Source: Neoconidiobolus thromboides FSU 785 (taxonomy: Eukaryota > Fungi > Entomophthoromycota). From it: DNA of 64,000 nucleotides. The position numbers were made by a program, and so were the translations under genes. Location: contig MU626351.1 in NCBI GenBank assembly GCA_025603075.1, positions 1-64,000 of the forward strand, in the 5' to 3' direction. Position 1 is the stretch's first letter. The number at the start of each line of letters is the position of its first letter. Shown one piece after another: positions 27,713-38,806 of the stretch. Under the pieces are notes generated by a model. It searched no databases. It was not told the origin of the DNA and was given only the letters and a program-made list of their open reading frames with translations.

Positions 27713-28176
27713 TGTGAAATATCACTCTGTCAGCCCCATGGTTAATTATAGCATAATAATTTCCTAAGCTGTTGTGTTCTCGATTATACAGACAATTAGT
27801 CCCATGTTCTTATTTTGATTTGCTATGAGAATTTCTATCTTCGTCCCAAAGAATATTATCCTCTCGTTTTGATATTTATACTTATCGGAGTATAAAAGAG
27901 ATTCTAAAACATAATAGCTCTAGGCTTTTTAACTGAATTATTCCCTGATATCTTATACATTTAATAAAGACACTAAGTTTTCTTAATAATATTTTATGTA
28001 GATTTTACATTAGTATTGTCTATTCTATTTGTTTTACATAGTCTGTAGCCTATTACGTGCTATTCTTCGTAATCCAAGTCTATTTTAGTCACATAAACTA
28101 AGACTTTTCGACTTATAGTGTAATCAATCAGGTAATAGCTGTTTTTGACTCCAAATACTGAGTACCAGATTTCACA
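27713..28176. mobile_element. 464-bp solo-LTR-like element (copy B, inverted relative to copies A and C)
   Basis: Starts TGTGAAAT and ends ATTTCACA; reverse complement of 29420-29883 over its whole length (roughly 85-90% identical by eye). Flanks ACCCC/ACTCT are not a clean TSD. Confidence 0.8.
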
Positions 28177-28786
28177 ACTCTGTGTTGATACTCAAAAAAA
28201 CACATTTAATGAAACTATTAAAAAATTAAATAATAAAAGTTGTGTAATAATTTTAGATTTTAAACAAAATATGGAAATAGGAACAAGACCAGATTCAATA
28301 AATCTAGATCATTATAATAAACAAGCTATATCAGTATTAGGTTTTGGTGCTTTATACTTAAAAGATGATAAAATAATAGGCAGAGTTTATTTTGATTATT
28401 TATCTGAAATATTGAATCATGATTCAGCATATGCAGGAGATTATTTAATTGATTTAATCTCTATAGAGCTTTTATTTAAAAATTTTGTAAGAATTAATAT
28501 ATGGACAGGTACGGAAAATCATTTTAAATTTCAAGAGTTTCTACATTACACATTTGAAGAAATTCATAAAATAAATAGTAGTTTGAATGTCGATTTTAAT
28601 TTTTTTGCTAAGCATCATGGAAAAGGTATAATTGATAGACATTTTGGAAATCTTTTACAATGAAAAAGTAGTTTTAAAACATTAAGAAAAATGGAAGATA
28701 TTACTTAATTAATTTTAAAATTTGAGGTTTTTGTTTGTGAGCATAATATGATCAATAACTCAACTGTTAATAATGGAAAAACAGAT
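28177..28786 (+). pseudogene. DDE transposase fragment with Sola-like motifs
   Basis: VIILDFKQN ... SEILNHD ... INIWTGTENHFK ... FNFFAKHHGKGIIDRHFG. TGA at 28661-28663, with the frame continuing (KSSFKTLRKMEDIT) up to a MITE. The 5' end is cut by copy B. Confidence 0.75.
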
Positions 28787-28883
28787 GGGGATGTATTTTT
28801 GTGTTTAAGAATTTCACTAATAATTTTTCCGCTTAAATAGTGCTTAAAAGATGAAAAAGTAATGAAGCCAAAAAAACACCCCC
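28787..28883 (+). mobile_element. ~98-bp MITE family copy
   Basis: GGGGATG...CACCCCC; flanks AGAT/ATAA (TSD not preserved). Confidence 0.9.
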
Positions 28884-29026
28884 ATAAGTTAAATAATTGT
28901 TAAAGTTTTTATCATGTATAAGTAATAAAAAGTTAAATTTGTTGAAAATAGCTTTGATTTTCTTATCGTTAGCTTTTTTTAACTTTTTTAATCAAGCTTT
29001 TATATATTTTGTAATTAATAATATTA

Positions 29027-29115
29027 GGGAATGTGTTTTTTTGTTTAAGAATTTTACTAATATCTTTCGACTCAAATAGTGCTTAAAAAGTAGAAAATAA
29101 TGAAAAAAAATTCTC
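29027..29115 (+). mobile_element. ~98-bp MITE family copy (slightly shortened)
   Basis: GGGAATG...TTCTC flanked by ATTA/ATTA. Confidence 0.85.
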
Positions 29116-29174
29116 ATTATTAAGTTTTTAGTTAAATTTAATAAACTAATTATAGATTTTTTTATCAAACATTA

Positions 29175-29272
29175 GGGGATGTATTTTTGTAGTCAAGAGT
29201 TTTACTAACAATTTTTCCACTCAAGTAGTGCTTAAAAGATAGAAAAAGTAATAAAGCAAAAAAAATATCCCC
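29175..29272 (+). mobile_element. ~98-bp MITE family copy
   Basis: GGGGATG...TATCCCC; flanks ATTA/AATA. Confidence 0.9.
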
Positions 29273-29419
29273 AATATTTAATAATTTATATTAAAACTAA
29301 TTAAACTGCCATTCCTACTATTTTGATATTATTTAAAAGTAAAAATATCATTATCAAGGATACAAATAAAAATATATATATATTTTTAAATAAGTTTCAA
29401 TATCTGGTTTCAATATGGG

Positions 29420-29883
29420 TGTGAAATCTGGTACTCAGGGTTTGGAGTCAAGAACAGCTATTGCTGGGTTGACTACACTATAAGTCGAAAGGTCTTAGTT
29501 TATGTGACTAAGATAGACTTGGATTATGAGGAATAGCACGTAATAGGTTACAAGCTATATAAGACAAATAGAATAGACAATACTAATGTAAAATCTATGT
29601 AAAATACTATTAAGAAAACTTAGTGGCTTTATTAAATGTTCGAGATATCAGGGAATAATTCAGTTAAAAAGCCTCGAACTATTATACTCTGTAAACTCTT
29701 TTATACTCTGAAAAATATAAATATCAAAATGAGAAGATAGTATTCTTTTGGATGGAGCTAGAAATTCTCATAACAAATCAAAATAAGAACATGGGATTGA
29801 TTTCCTCTGAGCTCGAGAACACAACAGCTTAGGCGATTGTTATGTTATAATTAACCATGGGACTGACATAGCGATATTTCACA
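29420..29883. mobile_element. 464-bp solo-LTR-like element (copy C) with 5-bp TSD
   Basis: TGTGAAAT...ATTTCACA flanked by ATGGG (29415-29419) and ATGGG (29884-29888). Confidence 0.85.
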
Positions 29884-29885
29884 AT

Positions 29886-29983
29886 GGGGATGTATTTTTT
29901 TGTTTAAGAATTTTACTAACAATCTTTCTGCTCAAATAGCGCTTAAAAAGTGGAAAAGTAATGAAATCAAAAAAAACATCCCC
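29886..29983 (+). mobile_element. ~98-bp MITE family copy whose left end was hit by copy C
   Basis: GGGGATG...CATCCCC followed by ATAT; its left ATAT is found at 29413-29416, on the far side of the 464-bp insert. Confidence 0.92.
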
Positions 29984-30068
29984 ATATATTAATAGCTTAA
30001 TTTTACTATCATTGTTTATATCACGTTTAAAGACAACTAGCTATTAATAATGTTTAAATATTAAATAT

Positions 30069-30165
30069 AGAAGTATTTTTTTTGATTCTGTCTTTTTTTT
30101 CTTTTAACCGTTATTTAAGTAGAAAAACTATTAGTAAAATCTTTGAATAAAAAAACTGTATCCTT
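30069..30165 (-). mobile_element. ~98-bp MITE family copy (degenerate)
   Basis: Reverse-oriented core TTTTAACCGTTATTTAAGTAGAAAAACTATTAGTAAAAT; ATAT/ATAT flanks. Confidence 0.75.
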
Positions 30166-30775
30166 ATATTTATAAAATAAAAAGTAGTTAAAGAAATCAT
30201 TTAAAACTGTTAAAAGTTTAAAATAACTTTAAAACTTCTTTGTTTAAGCTAATAAGACTATTATTTCAAAAATTAACATTAGAAAAATTTGAAATTTTAA
30301 CATATAAAATGTCTTTAAAAGTTATTTTAAAAATTGAAGTACTTTAGACAGCTGTTTTTAATAACTAGGAATTGAAAAGTGTTTATTTTTAAGGCAATTT
30401 TTAACACTGTATACCCTTCCTATATATTTTTAACTTTGTATTAAATAACTTGATTTTAAATTAGAAACAATAAAAAGTATCTAGTTACAAACTGCTCTAT
30501 CATGTAATATTATCATGTTAAAAGTTATTTTACATTATCAGTCCTAAAAATATAAACTAAAATAAATTAAATTTGTTATCAAAGAAATGCTTTTAGGCCA
30601 TTTTATGCACTCTGTGTTGAATTTTGTGGTTGTTGATCTTTTTTTATTTGGGTTAACGGCTAGGTGTGAAGAAAATATTAAAGTTTCAATTGAAGTTGCA
30701 CATCGCTTCTATTTATTTATCTATTTAAAAGATTTCTCTTCATTTAAAAATGTGGAGTCCATGCTTTTAAAAATA

Positions 30776-30873
30776 GGGAGTGCTTTTTTTGGTTTCATCA
30801 CTTTTTCCATCTTTTAAGCGCTATTCAAATGGAAAAATTGTTAATAAAACCCTTGAACAAAAAATACATTCCC
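30776..30873 (-). mobile_element. ~98-bp MITE family copy
   Basis: GGGAGTG...CATTCCC with TTTTAAGCGCTATTCAAATGGAAAAA core. Confidence 0.9.
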
Positions 30874-33075
30874 ATACAATAAATTCAGTGAGATCAGTGG
30901 TAGTTAAGTTTGGATTTGTTCAGTTTTATTATATTTTGGAGCTATTTATATTTTTGTATTTTAGAGATATTCATATTTTTGTATTAGAGATATTTATGTT
31001 CTTGTTGATTATTGAAAGACTAGCTTATTGTCTATTTTGTCTGCTTTATTTTAAATTGATCTCATATTGAAAATCAATTATTTCCGAGCAAGGGATTTGG
31101 AATAACAGCAGATTTAATAAACTCCCACATTCAAGCATAAAGTCGAAAAAGAATAAAATAAAAATAATAGTGTATTTTTATTCTTTTGTTATAAATTGCT
31201 ATATTTGTAATTAAAATGTTTGGAACAAAGTTGTTTTGAAACCTCTCTCAATCTTAAAGTCTATAAAAAATTAATAAAAAATTCAAAAAATTCATTCCCA
31301 AAAATAACTCTATTAATAATTTAAACTAAACAGTAGACATAGGACACATAGAACAACGCAATCATAAATTATATTAAAACAAGGCTTATATAAAATTTCC
31401 CGAGACTTTATTGACATTAAAAGTATCAGTAATATCTTCAAAACACTAATACAATATAAACAATAAACTGAAAAAAATCTAGCCTAATTTTAATTAAACC
31501 GAATAAATGTTGGCAACTATCTAGATTTTTAAGCCCAAACTTTAATTTCCAGATTGCAATTGAAAAAAATATAAGGTCATAGCTAGGCTAGTATAACTTA
31601 TTTATAACGACTATTGCCTAAAAAATGAATATACTATCTTAAAGAACTACAGTAATTTATTACTCAAACGAAGAGGTAAAGAAGGAATATTTCAGAGTTA
31701 CCAAGGAATGTATTAATAGATTTTGGTTTAATAAAAAACTATTGAATAAATCTAATTATAGCTTACAATTTTCACTTAACTACATTTATTGAAAAAACTG
31801 TGCATTTCTGGCTTGGCGAGGGATGGGTAAAATTTGCTTAAGATGAAATCAAACAACTTTAGGCAGTCTAAAACCTGGTTAATACAATATTATGGTAGGC
31901 TCAATGGCCAGATCCATTCTTGACTAGACCTTTAATTAAAAACGAATTATTATAATTTTGCTAATATTTGAAATTAGATCACCGTATTAAAATAAATATT
32001 ACAATTTTCATTTTTAATACCAGGTTCTTAGTCAAGCCAAATTAGATCATATTTAAACTTTTTTATTATATAAAGGAACTATCATTTGTCTTTTCTTGAG
32101 ATCATAAGTAAGGATTACGTCAATTCTAAATGTTGAATAACTATTTTAATTATTTATCCGTAGATAGGTTACAGGTTACTACAATATAATAATTTATAAA
32201 CTAGATTTAAAAGTGTGACTACTTTTAATTGGGCTGTAACTCCCTTCTTATTCTAAGGTATAGCAAGATGATAATAATTATTTATATACATTATAATAGC
32301 GATTATATCATTTCATATGAAAAAAATATATAGGACAATTAATAATTATATTAATAAATCTTAATAATCTTAAACAGAGTTTCATCTATCATGGTTATGT
32401 ATAAAACATAATACGATAATTTCGTTTTTTCAAGTGATTGTTATGACAAATATCTTTGATCTTGATAATTATTCTATTAAAAATCAATTCTATTTAAAAA
32501 ATTAAACAGTTCAATCAATTTTAACGCACCAAAATAAGTGTAAACTAGCGATTGAGAGCACCACTAAGAGAAGTTTTAATCTTAACCCACACTCAAAGTT
32601 TTGTTTGTTTGAACAAGGAAAGGGTAGTAAAACCTAAATCTTGTATGCTAAATAAAAGCAGTTTTTACCTAACTTAAAAAAGCTAATCCAAAAATTAATA
32701 GTATTCACTTCGAGAAAAGCGTGATCTAAAAATATGTCAATAAGAGTCCAATCAATAAATTAATTTAATAGATTGAATCATAATCATTGGTCCAGTTTTA
32801 ATCCTAAAACCTAACCAATGTTTTCACCCTTCCAATTTGGATGCTTATGATTGGTGGAAATTATATATTGCCTTAATTAGGTAGGAGCTTCTTTTTACCC
32901 CTTACTAATTAGTCATGCTACCTCCTAAACCTAACTTAACATTAAACTTATAAAAAAATTGAATAGCCAATTAAAAAAAGAAAGTAATTTCAAAAGAAAA
33001 GTATAAATTAAGTGGGGAAAGACACTTTTTTAATTTTCCTATCCTTTCATTTATTCTATATTTTACTAATCCATT

Positions 33076-34038
33076 ATGAACATTAACGCTAATAAACCAT
33101 CCACAAACACTTCCCAATCTTTCAAAAGATTTTTAAAAACTTTAAAAAAGTTTGATTTTAACCGAAACAAGAAAACCGTATTCAATACCTCCTTAAAAGA
33201 GTCGGTTAAAGTAAGCAGCCATCAAATTAGCTTGAAGGCTTTCCCAAGCTATAGTGTGAGAATACCTACCATTATTTATGTCTGTACCGAATATCTAAGA
33301 GCTCATGGGACAGAATCAAAGGGTGTATTCCGCGTATCTGGCTCCCTCAAAAGAATGCAAAACTTACAATTGTTATTTGAAGATACTCCAAAGTATGGAT
33401 CCAACCTTGACCTCAAAGCCTTAGGATTTACACCTTTCGATGTCGCTAATACATTAACTAGATATTTAACATCACTTGTTGAGCCAGTGATCCCAAATGA
33501 ATTATTTCACTCCTTTAGAAGTGTGTTGGAGCAAGAAAGTGTAGATACTTATAAAGTAGAAGAATACAAAAAATTATTACAATCATTAGAACCGGACAAC
33601 TTGAATTTATTATTATACCTCTTAGATTTTTTTATGGAATTTAATCAGTATGCAGATGCTACTTTAATGCCTTACTCAAACTTGGCTTCCATCTTCCAAC
33701 CCTCTATCTTATGCTTGCCAGAGCATGTACATTTGCCTGAAGAATATAAGAAATCCCAAAAAGTAGTCGAATTTTTATGCTGGAATTATTGTTTAGTAGC
33801 AAAGAATCAAGTGTTAATCATTCCAACCTCAACTGAGAGAGTTGAGTTAAAAAGATCATTGACTAACCTCTCAAACAAATCCAAGTTTTTAATAAGGAAC
33901 AGTTCCGTATTATCGGATTCCTCTGATGTATCGACAGATGTATTGGAAGAAAAAAAGGAAGATGTTTTTAATCAAGCTACTGTACGTAGATCGAATACCT
34001 TCCAAGTTAAATCAAGACGCAGATTTACTTTTTTTTAA
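33076..34038 (+). CDS. RhoGAP-domain protein (Sac7/Bag7-like), single exon
   Basis: IPTIIYVCTEYL..GVFRVSGS (arginine finger), DVANTLTRYL, EPVIP, NLASIFQPSIL. Confidence 0.9.
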   Translation: MNINANKPSTNTSQSFKRFLKTLKKFDFNRNKKTVFNTSLKESVKVSSHQISLKAFPSYSVRIPTIIYVCTEYLRAHGTESKGVFRVSGSLKRMQNLQLLFEDTPKYGSNLDLKALGFTPFDVANTLTRYLTSLVEPVIPNELFHSFRSVLEQESVDTYKVEEYKKLLQSLEPDNLNLLLYLLDFFMEFNQYADATLMPYSNLASIFQPSILCLPEHVHLPEEYKKSQKVVEFLCWNYCLVAKNQVLIIPTSTERVELKRSLTNLSNKSKFLIRNSSVLSDSSDVSTDVLEEKKEDVFNQATVRRSNTFQVKSRRRFTFF

Positions 34039-35404
34039 TCTCTTTATCTTAGTGCATTATTATCATTAATCTATCTTTGCTTTGTAAATAAAATATTTTT
34101 AATTAGTTAATTATCTTTTTTACACCTATTTTTTAATATTATTATTATTATTTGATTAAAATTAGGGATTTTAATTTATTACGGTCTTAATGATTTTTCA
34201 ATTGTACACAACCTAATTTTTATCCTTAAATGAATGATATAAATTAAAAAAGGGGAGAATTCATTGTAAAAATTTGGTTTTATAACGAAATGTTTCAGGT
34301 GCGAAAAAATAAAGTTAAGCTTTATTGACTTTGTTTTAATATTTAAATAGTGAGTGTCTAATGGATATTGATAAGAGTATACTATTTTTTTAAAACGAAA
34401 AGCCTAGCCAAACTATAAATAACTATCTTGCTTAATTTCAATGAATTGAATGTGAAATTAAATTCAATCACTTGAGCTTTGAATCGTTTCATGTGGTCTG
34501 TTATATATTAAAAATTAGTGGAATTAAATAGCGTATCATTTATACAATGAAAACCCGATATTGATGATTATTCATGACCTTATCTCCATATTAAATTTAA
34601 TAAAATAGTATTTATTGACCTTTTACTATTAACAATATATTTTATATTGTCAATGGAAATGGGAATGTAAATAGAAATATGAAAATAAATTTTGCTCTAG
34701 AAATCAATTTAACAAAAGTATTAGATTTACCTTTTTGGCTCACTTTTAATTTAAAACCCGCAACCTCACTTTTTTTAAGGTTGATGCTTATTAAGTAAGT
34801 TTAACTTTGATTATTATATTAGCTTTTGAAATAGAACAATTGAAAATATTTATTCATTAAAAATATAATCGAAAATATTGCAGAATAAAAAGAAAAAACA
34901 TAGATAAGGGAGCAGCATTAAGAAAAGACTTTTATTTTTAGAATAAACCACCTTGCTATACTCTTTTATTTAAAAATACTTTGCTTAATAAAAAAATATA
35001 ACCAGGATCATTGTTTACAAAATAAAGTTTTCCTGTTAAAGTTACCAACAAGTCTAACTCCTGATCTAAGAATTAAAAGAATTTAGCTACTTAAGTACTT
35101 TCACACTTATAGAATAAATAATAATGTTAGAGAAAATTTTATTTCCATACTGTAAGTTCACTCTTGTGTTTCGCTTTTTGAAATCAATAAGCGTTTTTAT
35201 TCTTTCTAGTAGGAATTAATAGCTATTTCATTTAAAAATTAATTTAAATGTTTGATTATTTTATATAATATCAATTAATTTAATTTAATGGTATAGGGGA
35301 ATAAAATACTGATTAAATATCAATTAGAAAGTTAATTGTTTATTTGTAACAATTGTTATCCCATTTTAATTTTACCAAAAACAAATGACAAAAAAATTTT
35401 CTAT

Positions 35405-35497
35405 GTGAGGGTTTTTTTGGCTTCATCACTTTTCCATTTTTTAAGCTCTATTTAAGTGGAAAAATTGCTATAAAATTCTTAAACAAAACATATCTCC
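35405..35497 (-). mobile_element. ~98-bp MITE family copy
   Basis: Reverse core TTTTCCATTTTTTAAGCTCTATTTAAGTGGAAAAA; flanks CTAT/ATAT. Confidence 0.85.
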
Positions 35498-36168
35498 ATA
35501 TAGTTTTCAAAATGCCAAAGCTATCATTACTATCATATATTGTTGAACAAAATAAGAACGAGTAATGTCTAGTTAAATATATCTATAGCAATACTAATAT
35601 TCTATAGTTGTATCGCCATAAATGCAAAGATATAGTTATGCTATAGAGTGCATTCAAAAATTATTCAAAAGCTACTAGCGATTACTTTAAGTATTGATTT
35701 CTCGATTAACAACTAAAAGACAATGGCTTTTTATATACATACTCGATCTAGATATAATAATATAGCATAAATCATTGCTTTTAAGATTTTATATTAAGTA
35801 AGGTGTTTTGGTTTATTTGAATATCAGGAAATGTGATAATTATTGAATTATTTCAAAAAAATTACTTTGTTATTTGTAATAACTTTAATAAGTTCAAATA
35901 TACTACTTAAAATAAAGTCTAAAAGTAGTATTATATACACCAATGTATACATCAATCAAAAAGATTCAATTTTTAATTACAGACGACTAAGGAACTAACA
36001 TTTGAAGTGGGATACTTGTGATTTTGGGACAGTTTTAAATAATTGATATGAATACAAATAGCGCTTATTATTTTATAGTTACACTGGCAGAGCTATATTA
36101 TATAAACAATGGCTATAAAGTTTTCTTATACACGTATCAACATTGACACATGTTACAAAATAATATTA

Positions 36169-36267
36169 GGGGATATATTTTTTTGTTTGAGAATTTTACT
36201 AACAAGTTTTCCACTCGAATAGCGCTTAAAAGATGGAAAGAATAATGAAGCCGAAAAAAACACTCCC
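36169..36267 (+). mobile_element. ~98-bp MITE family copy
   Basis: GGGGATA...CACTCCC flanked by ATTA/ATTA. Confidence 0.92.
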
Positions 36268-36464
36268 ATTATATAATTAGTTTTTATGTATGCAAGCATT
36301 ACTACACAATATGAATAATAAGTATATTTAATCTAAACACGTTTCGTAAATACTCATTTAATGATGTCTTTTGAGAAATAGCTTAACAAAATTAGTATAT
36401 TTATGGCTACTCATTAATATCATAATATTTATAGCTGTCTGATAAAATATCACATTATAAATAC

Positions 36465-36572
36465 GTGGATTTTTTTTGATTTCATTACTTTTTCCATTTT
36501 TTAAGCGCTATTTAACCGCTATTTAAGCGGAAAAGTTGTTAGTAAAATTCTTAAACACAAAAATACATCCCC
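36465..36572 (-). mobile_element. ~98-bp MITE family copy with 10-bp internal duplication
   Basis: CGCTATTTAA appears twice; ends CATCCCC; flanks ATAC/ATAT. Confidence 0.88.
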
Positions 36573-36807
36573 ATATATTAAAAGTAATTTGACATAAAAG
36601 TAAGTTGTTTTCAATAAAAAAGATAATATTATAATTGCAAAAAGGATAGTATATTAAAAAGTAACGATGTATCAAAAAATAATATTAATGTTTGAGAATC
36701 ACTTTTATTTTAGATCAAAAACCCTTTACAGCTAGACAAACAATAAATTTACAATAGTACAATCACAATATGACTATTTTTAATAACTTTTATTATTAAC
36801 ATATTCA

Positions 36808-37909
36808 TCAGTTAGTAAATTTAGGATAACCGCTATACCCAACATGACGATCTTCGCCTCTGTATAAGTAAAAAGTAGAAAAATCAGTGATTTCGGATAA
36901 TTCGTTGTTGTTAAAGAAGCGTTCAGAAAGGTCTGGATTAGAGATGAATGGACGACCATGTACTATTACATCAGCTTTTCCATCTGCAATATATTTATCT
37001 CCTTCTTCGGCAGTAAAAGCACCATTAACAAAAATCTTAACATTCTTAATTAATGGAAGAATTTTTCAATATCAAGTTTATGGCCTCGATTAGTTGGATC
37101 AAAATCAGGAAGATGACGCACAAGTTGTATATAGGCAATATTACGTTTATCAAGTTCAGAAATTAAATAGCTAAATAATTCATAGGCTTCTTCTTCACTT
37201 TTTTCACCCATATCATTGTAGCCGCCACAGTGAGATAATTTAATACCAACTCTATCAGCTGAAAATACTTCATTAAAGGCATCAATAATCTCAAGGATAA
37301 ATCGAGAACGATTTTCGATACTACCACCATATTGATCAGTACGTTGGCTTGAGTGAGATTTGAGGAATTGGTGTGGTAAATAGCCATTAGCACCATGTAA
37401 TTCTATACCGTCAAATCCAACCTCTTTAGCATTAATAGCAACCTGTTTATATTTTTGTACGTATTCTTTAGGATCTTCAATTGCTCTTGGAACAGAATAA
37501 CCAGAGCTCCCCTCAAGTAAACGAAACCTCCTACCGTTAGCCTTAATAGCAGAAGGGGCTGGTGGGGCTATACCGGCATTACGTAAGGTGTTAGCAGCTC
37601 TTCATGGATGCCATATTTGTCCAAAGATGTGGCCATCATTTTCATGTACTGTATCGATTAATTTCCTCCACGCTAAAGTTTGTTCCTTGTTCCAAACTCC
37701 TGGTGCTTCAAGCCATTCGATACCTTGTGGCTCAATAAGTATAGCCTCAGTTAATAATAAACCTGGTGATACTCTTTGACGATAAAAATCGATATTTACA
37801 TTGTTTGGGACAATCCCACGATTACGAGTTAATGAACCAAGGGCTACTCGATTTTTGAGTTTTAATCCTTTGAGATCAATGATTGTTTCAAGTTTTTATT
37901 ATATGACAT
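36808..37909 (-). pseudogene. Old Yellow Enzyme (NADH:flavin oxidoreductase), intronless and disrupted
   Basis: LKNRVALGSLTRNR, GQIWHP*R (TGA at 37602-37604), GFDGIELHGANGYLPHQFL, RTDQYGGSIENRSRF, GRPFISNPDL. Frameshifts lie near 37890 and 37055. Confidence 0.9.
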
Positions 37910-38710
37910 AGCTCTAGTTGTTTAATTCAATATAAATTAATTTTTTATTTATTTTGATAAACAATGTCACTTAATTGATTTATATATAGTAATCGGCCTA
38001 AATTAATTACTAATTAAATCTATCAATTGGTCTAAATTAAAAATTAATTTGAGTGATGGTTTGAATAAAGCTGTTAGAATTCAAACATGTATTTTTTTTC
38101 AAAATTTCTTCGGGTGCTATTTGTTTTTTTACTCTTTTTAAAGTCCTGTTCTTAAGCTTTGCCAGAATTTGTAGTTAAAATTTTATATCAAATGAATAGT
38201 TAGCCACTGAACAATTAAAGTTTAATAACTGTAATTAACTTTATTCAACTTTTATACTAAAAATTAAGATTTAAAACCTCTATTACTAAAGATCAACAAT
38301 ATAGTAAAATTGTAATTTAAACCTTAATATGATATCACTCCTTTTATTTTTTTGTTAATTTGAGCGGAAAGCTTTTAATAATTTTTTATGTATATCTTGA
38401 ATATATGCAAACTAAAGAGGCAGATTGTCGAAAAAAGTTAGTTTAACCCATCAACTTCGATTTCTATTAAAATTCTTTTGATTATACAATTTTCTTTACT
38501 CTTAATTTTAGAATAATGAGGTAAATTATTAAAATCATTTATTCATAATTCCTAACGTATTGTAAATAATATCAAAATGCTAAAATTACTGTAATATAAA
38601 TTAGTAATAAATAATAGTTTTTAGAAATCTTAAATTAATGCTTATTAATAAAATCTAAATTTTAAAGTAAAAGGATATCTCATCATTTTGGTTATTTGCT
38701 AAATCTATAT

Positions 38711-38806
38711 GGGGATGTATTTTTATGTTTAAGAATTTTACTAACAATCTTTCCACTCAAATAGTGCTTAAAAATATAAAAAGTGATGAAACCAAAAAAT
38801 ATCTCC
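38711..38806 (+). mobile_element. ~98-bp MITE family copy
   Basis: GGGGATG...ATCTCC flanked by ATAT/ATAT. Confidence 0.92.

Noticed and set aside
27713-29883. One 2.2-kb DNA transposon with 464-bp terminal inverted repeats around the transposase
   Set aside because: Each 464-bp unit has its own TGTGAAAT/ATTTCACA ends, the right unit has its own 5-bp TSD, the outer flanks share no TSD, and the left unit cuts into the transposase frame. Two independent inserts explain this better.
29884-29900. TGG primer-binding site after the LTR-like element
   Set aside because: The TGG belongs to the ATGGG TSD and the MITE terminus; no tRNA complementarity or internal retroelement sequence follows.
27409-30873. 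CRISPR-like array of ~98-bp repeats
   Set aside because: The copies are dispersed, on both strands and irregularly spaced, with individual TSDs, in a eukaryotic intron-rich context with no cas genes.
32600-32950. Recurrent AAACCTAA motif upstream of the RhoGAP as a regulatory or telomere-like repeat
   Set aside because: Few, irregular copies in very AT-rich DNA; not tandem; cannot be distinguished from chance.
35505-36000. Possible third F-box/LRR relic (MPKLSLLSYIV..., KDNGFL...)
   Set aside because: Only one weak motif echo; not enough to support without an alignment.
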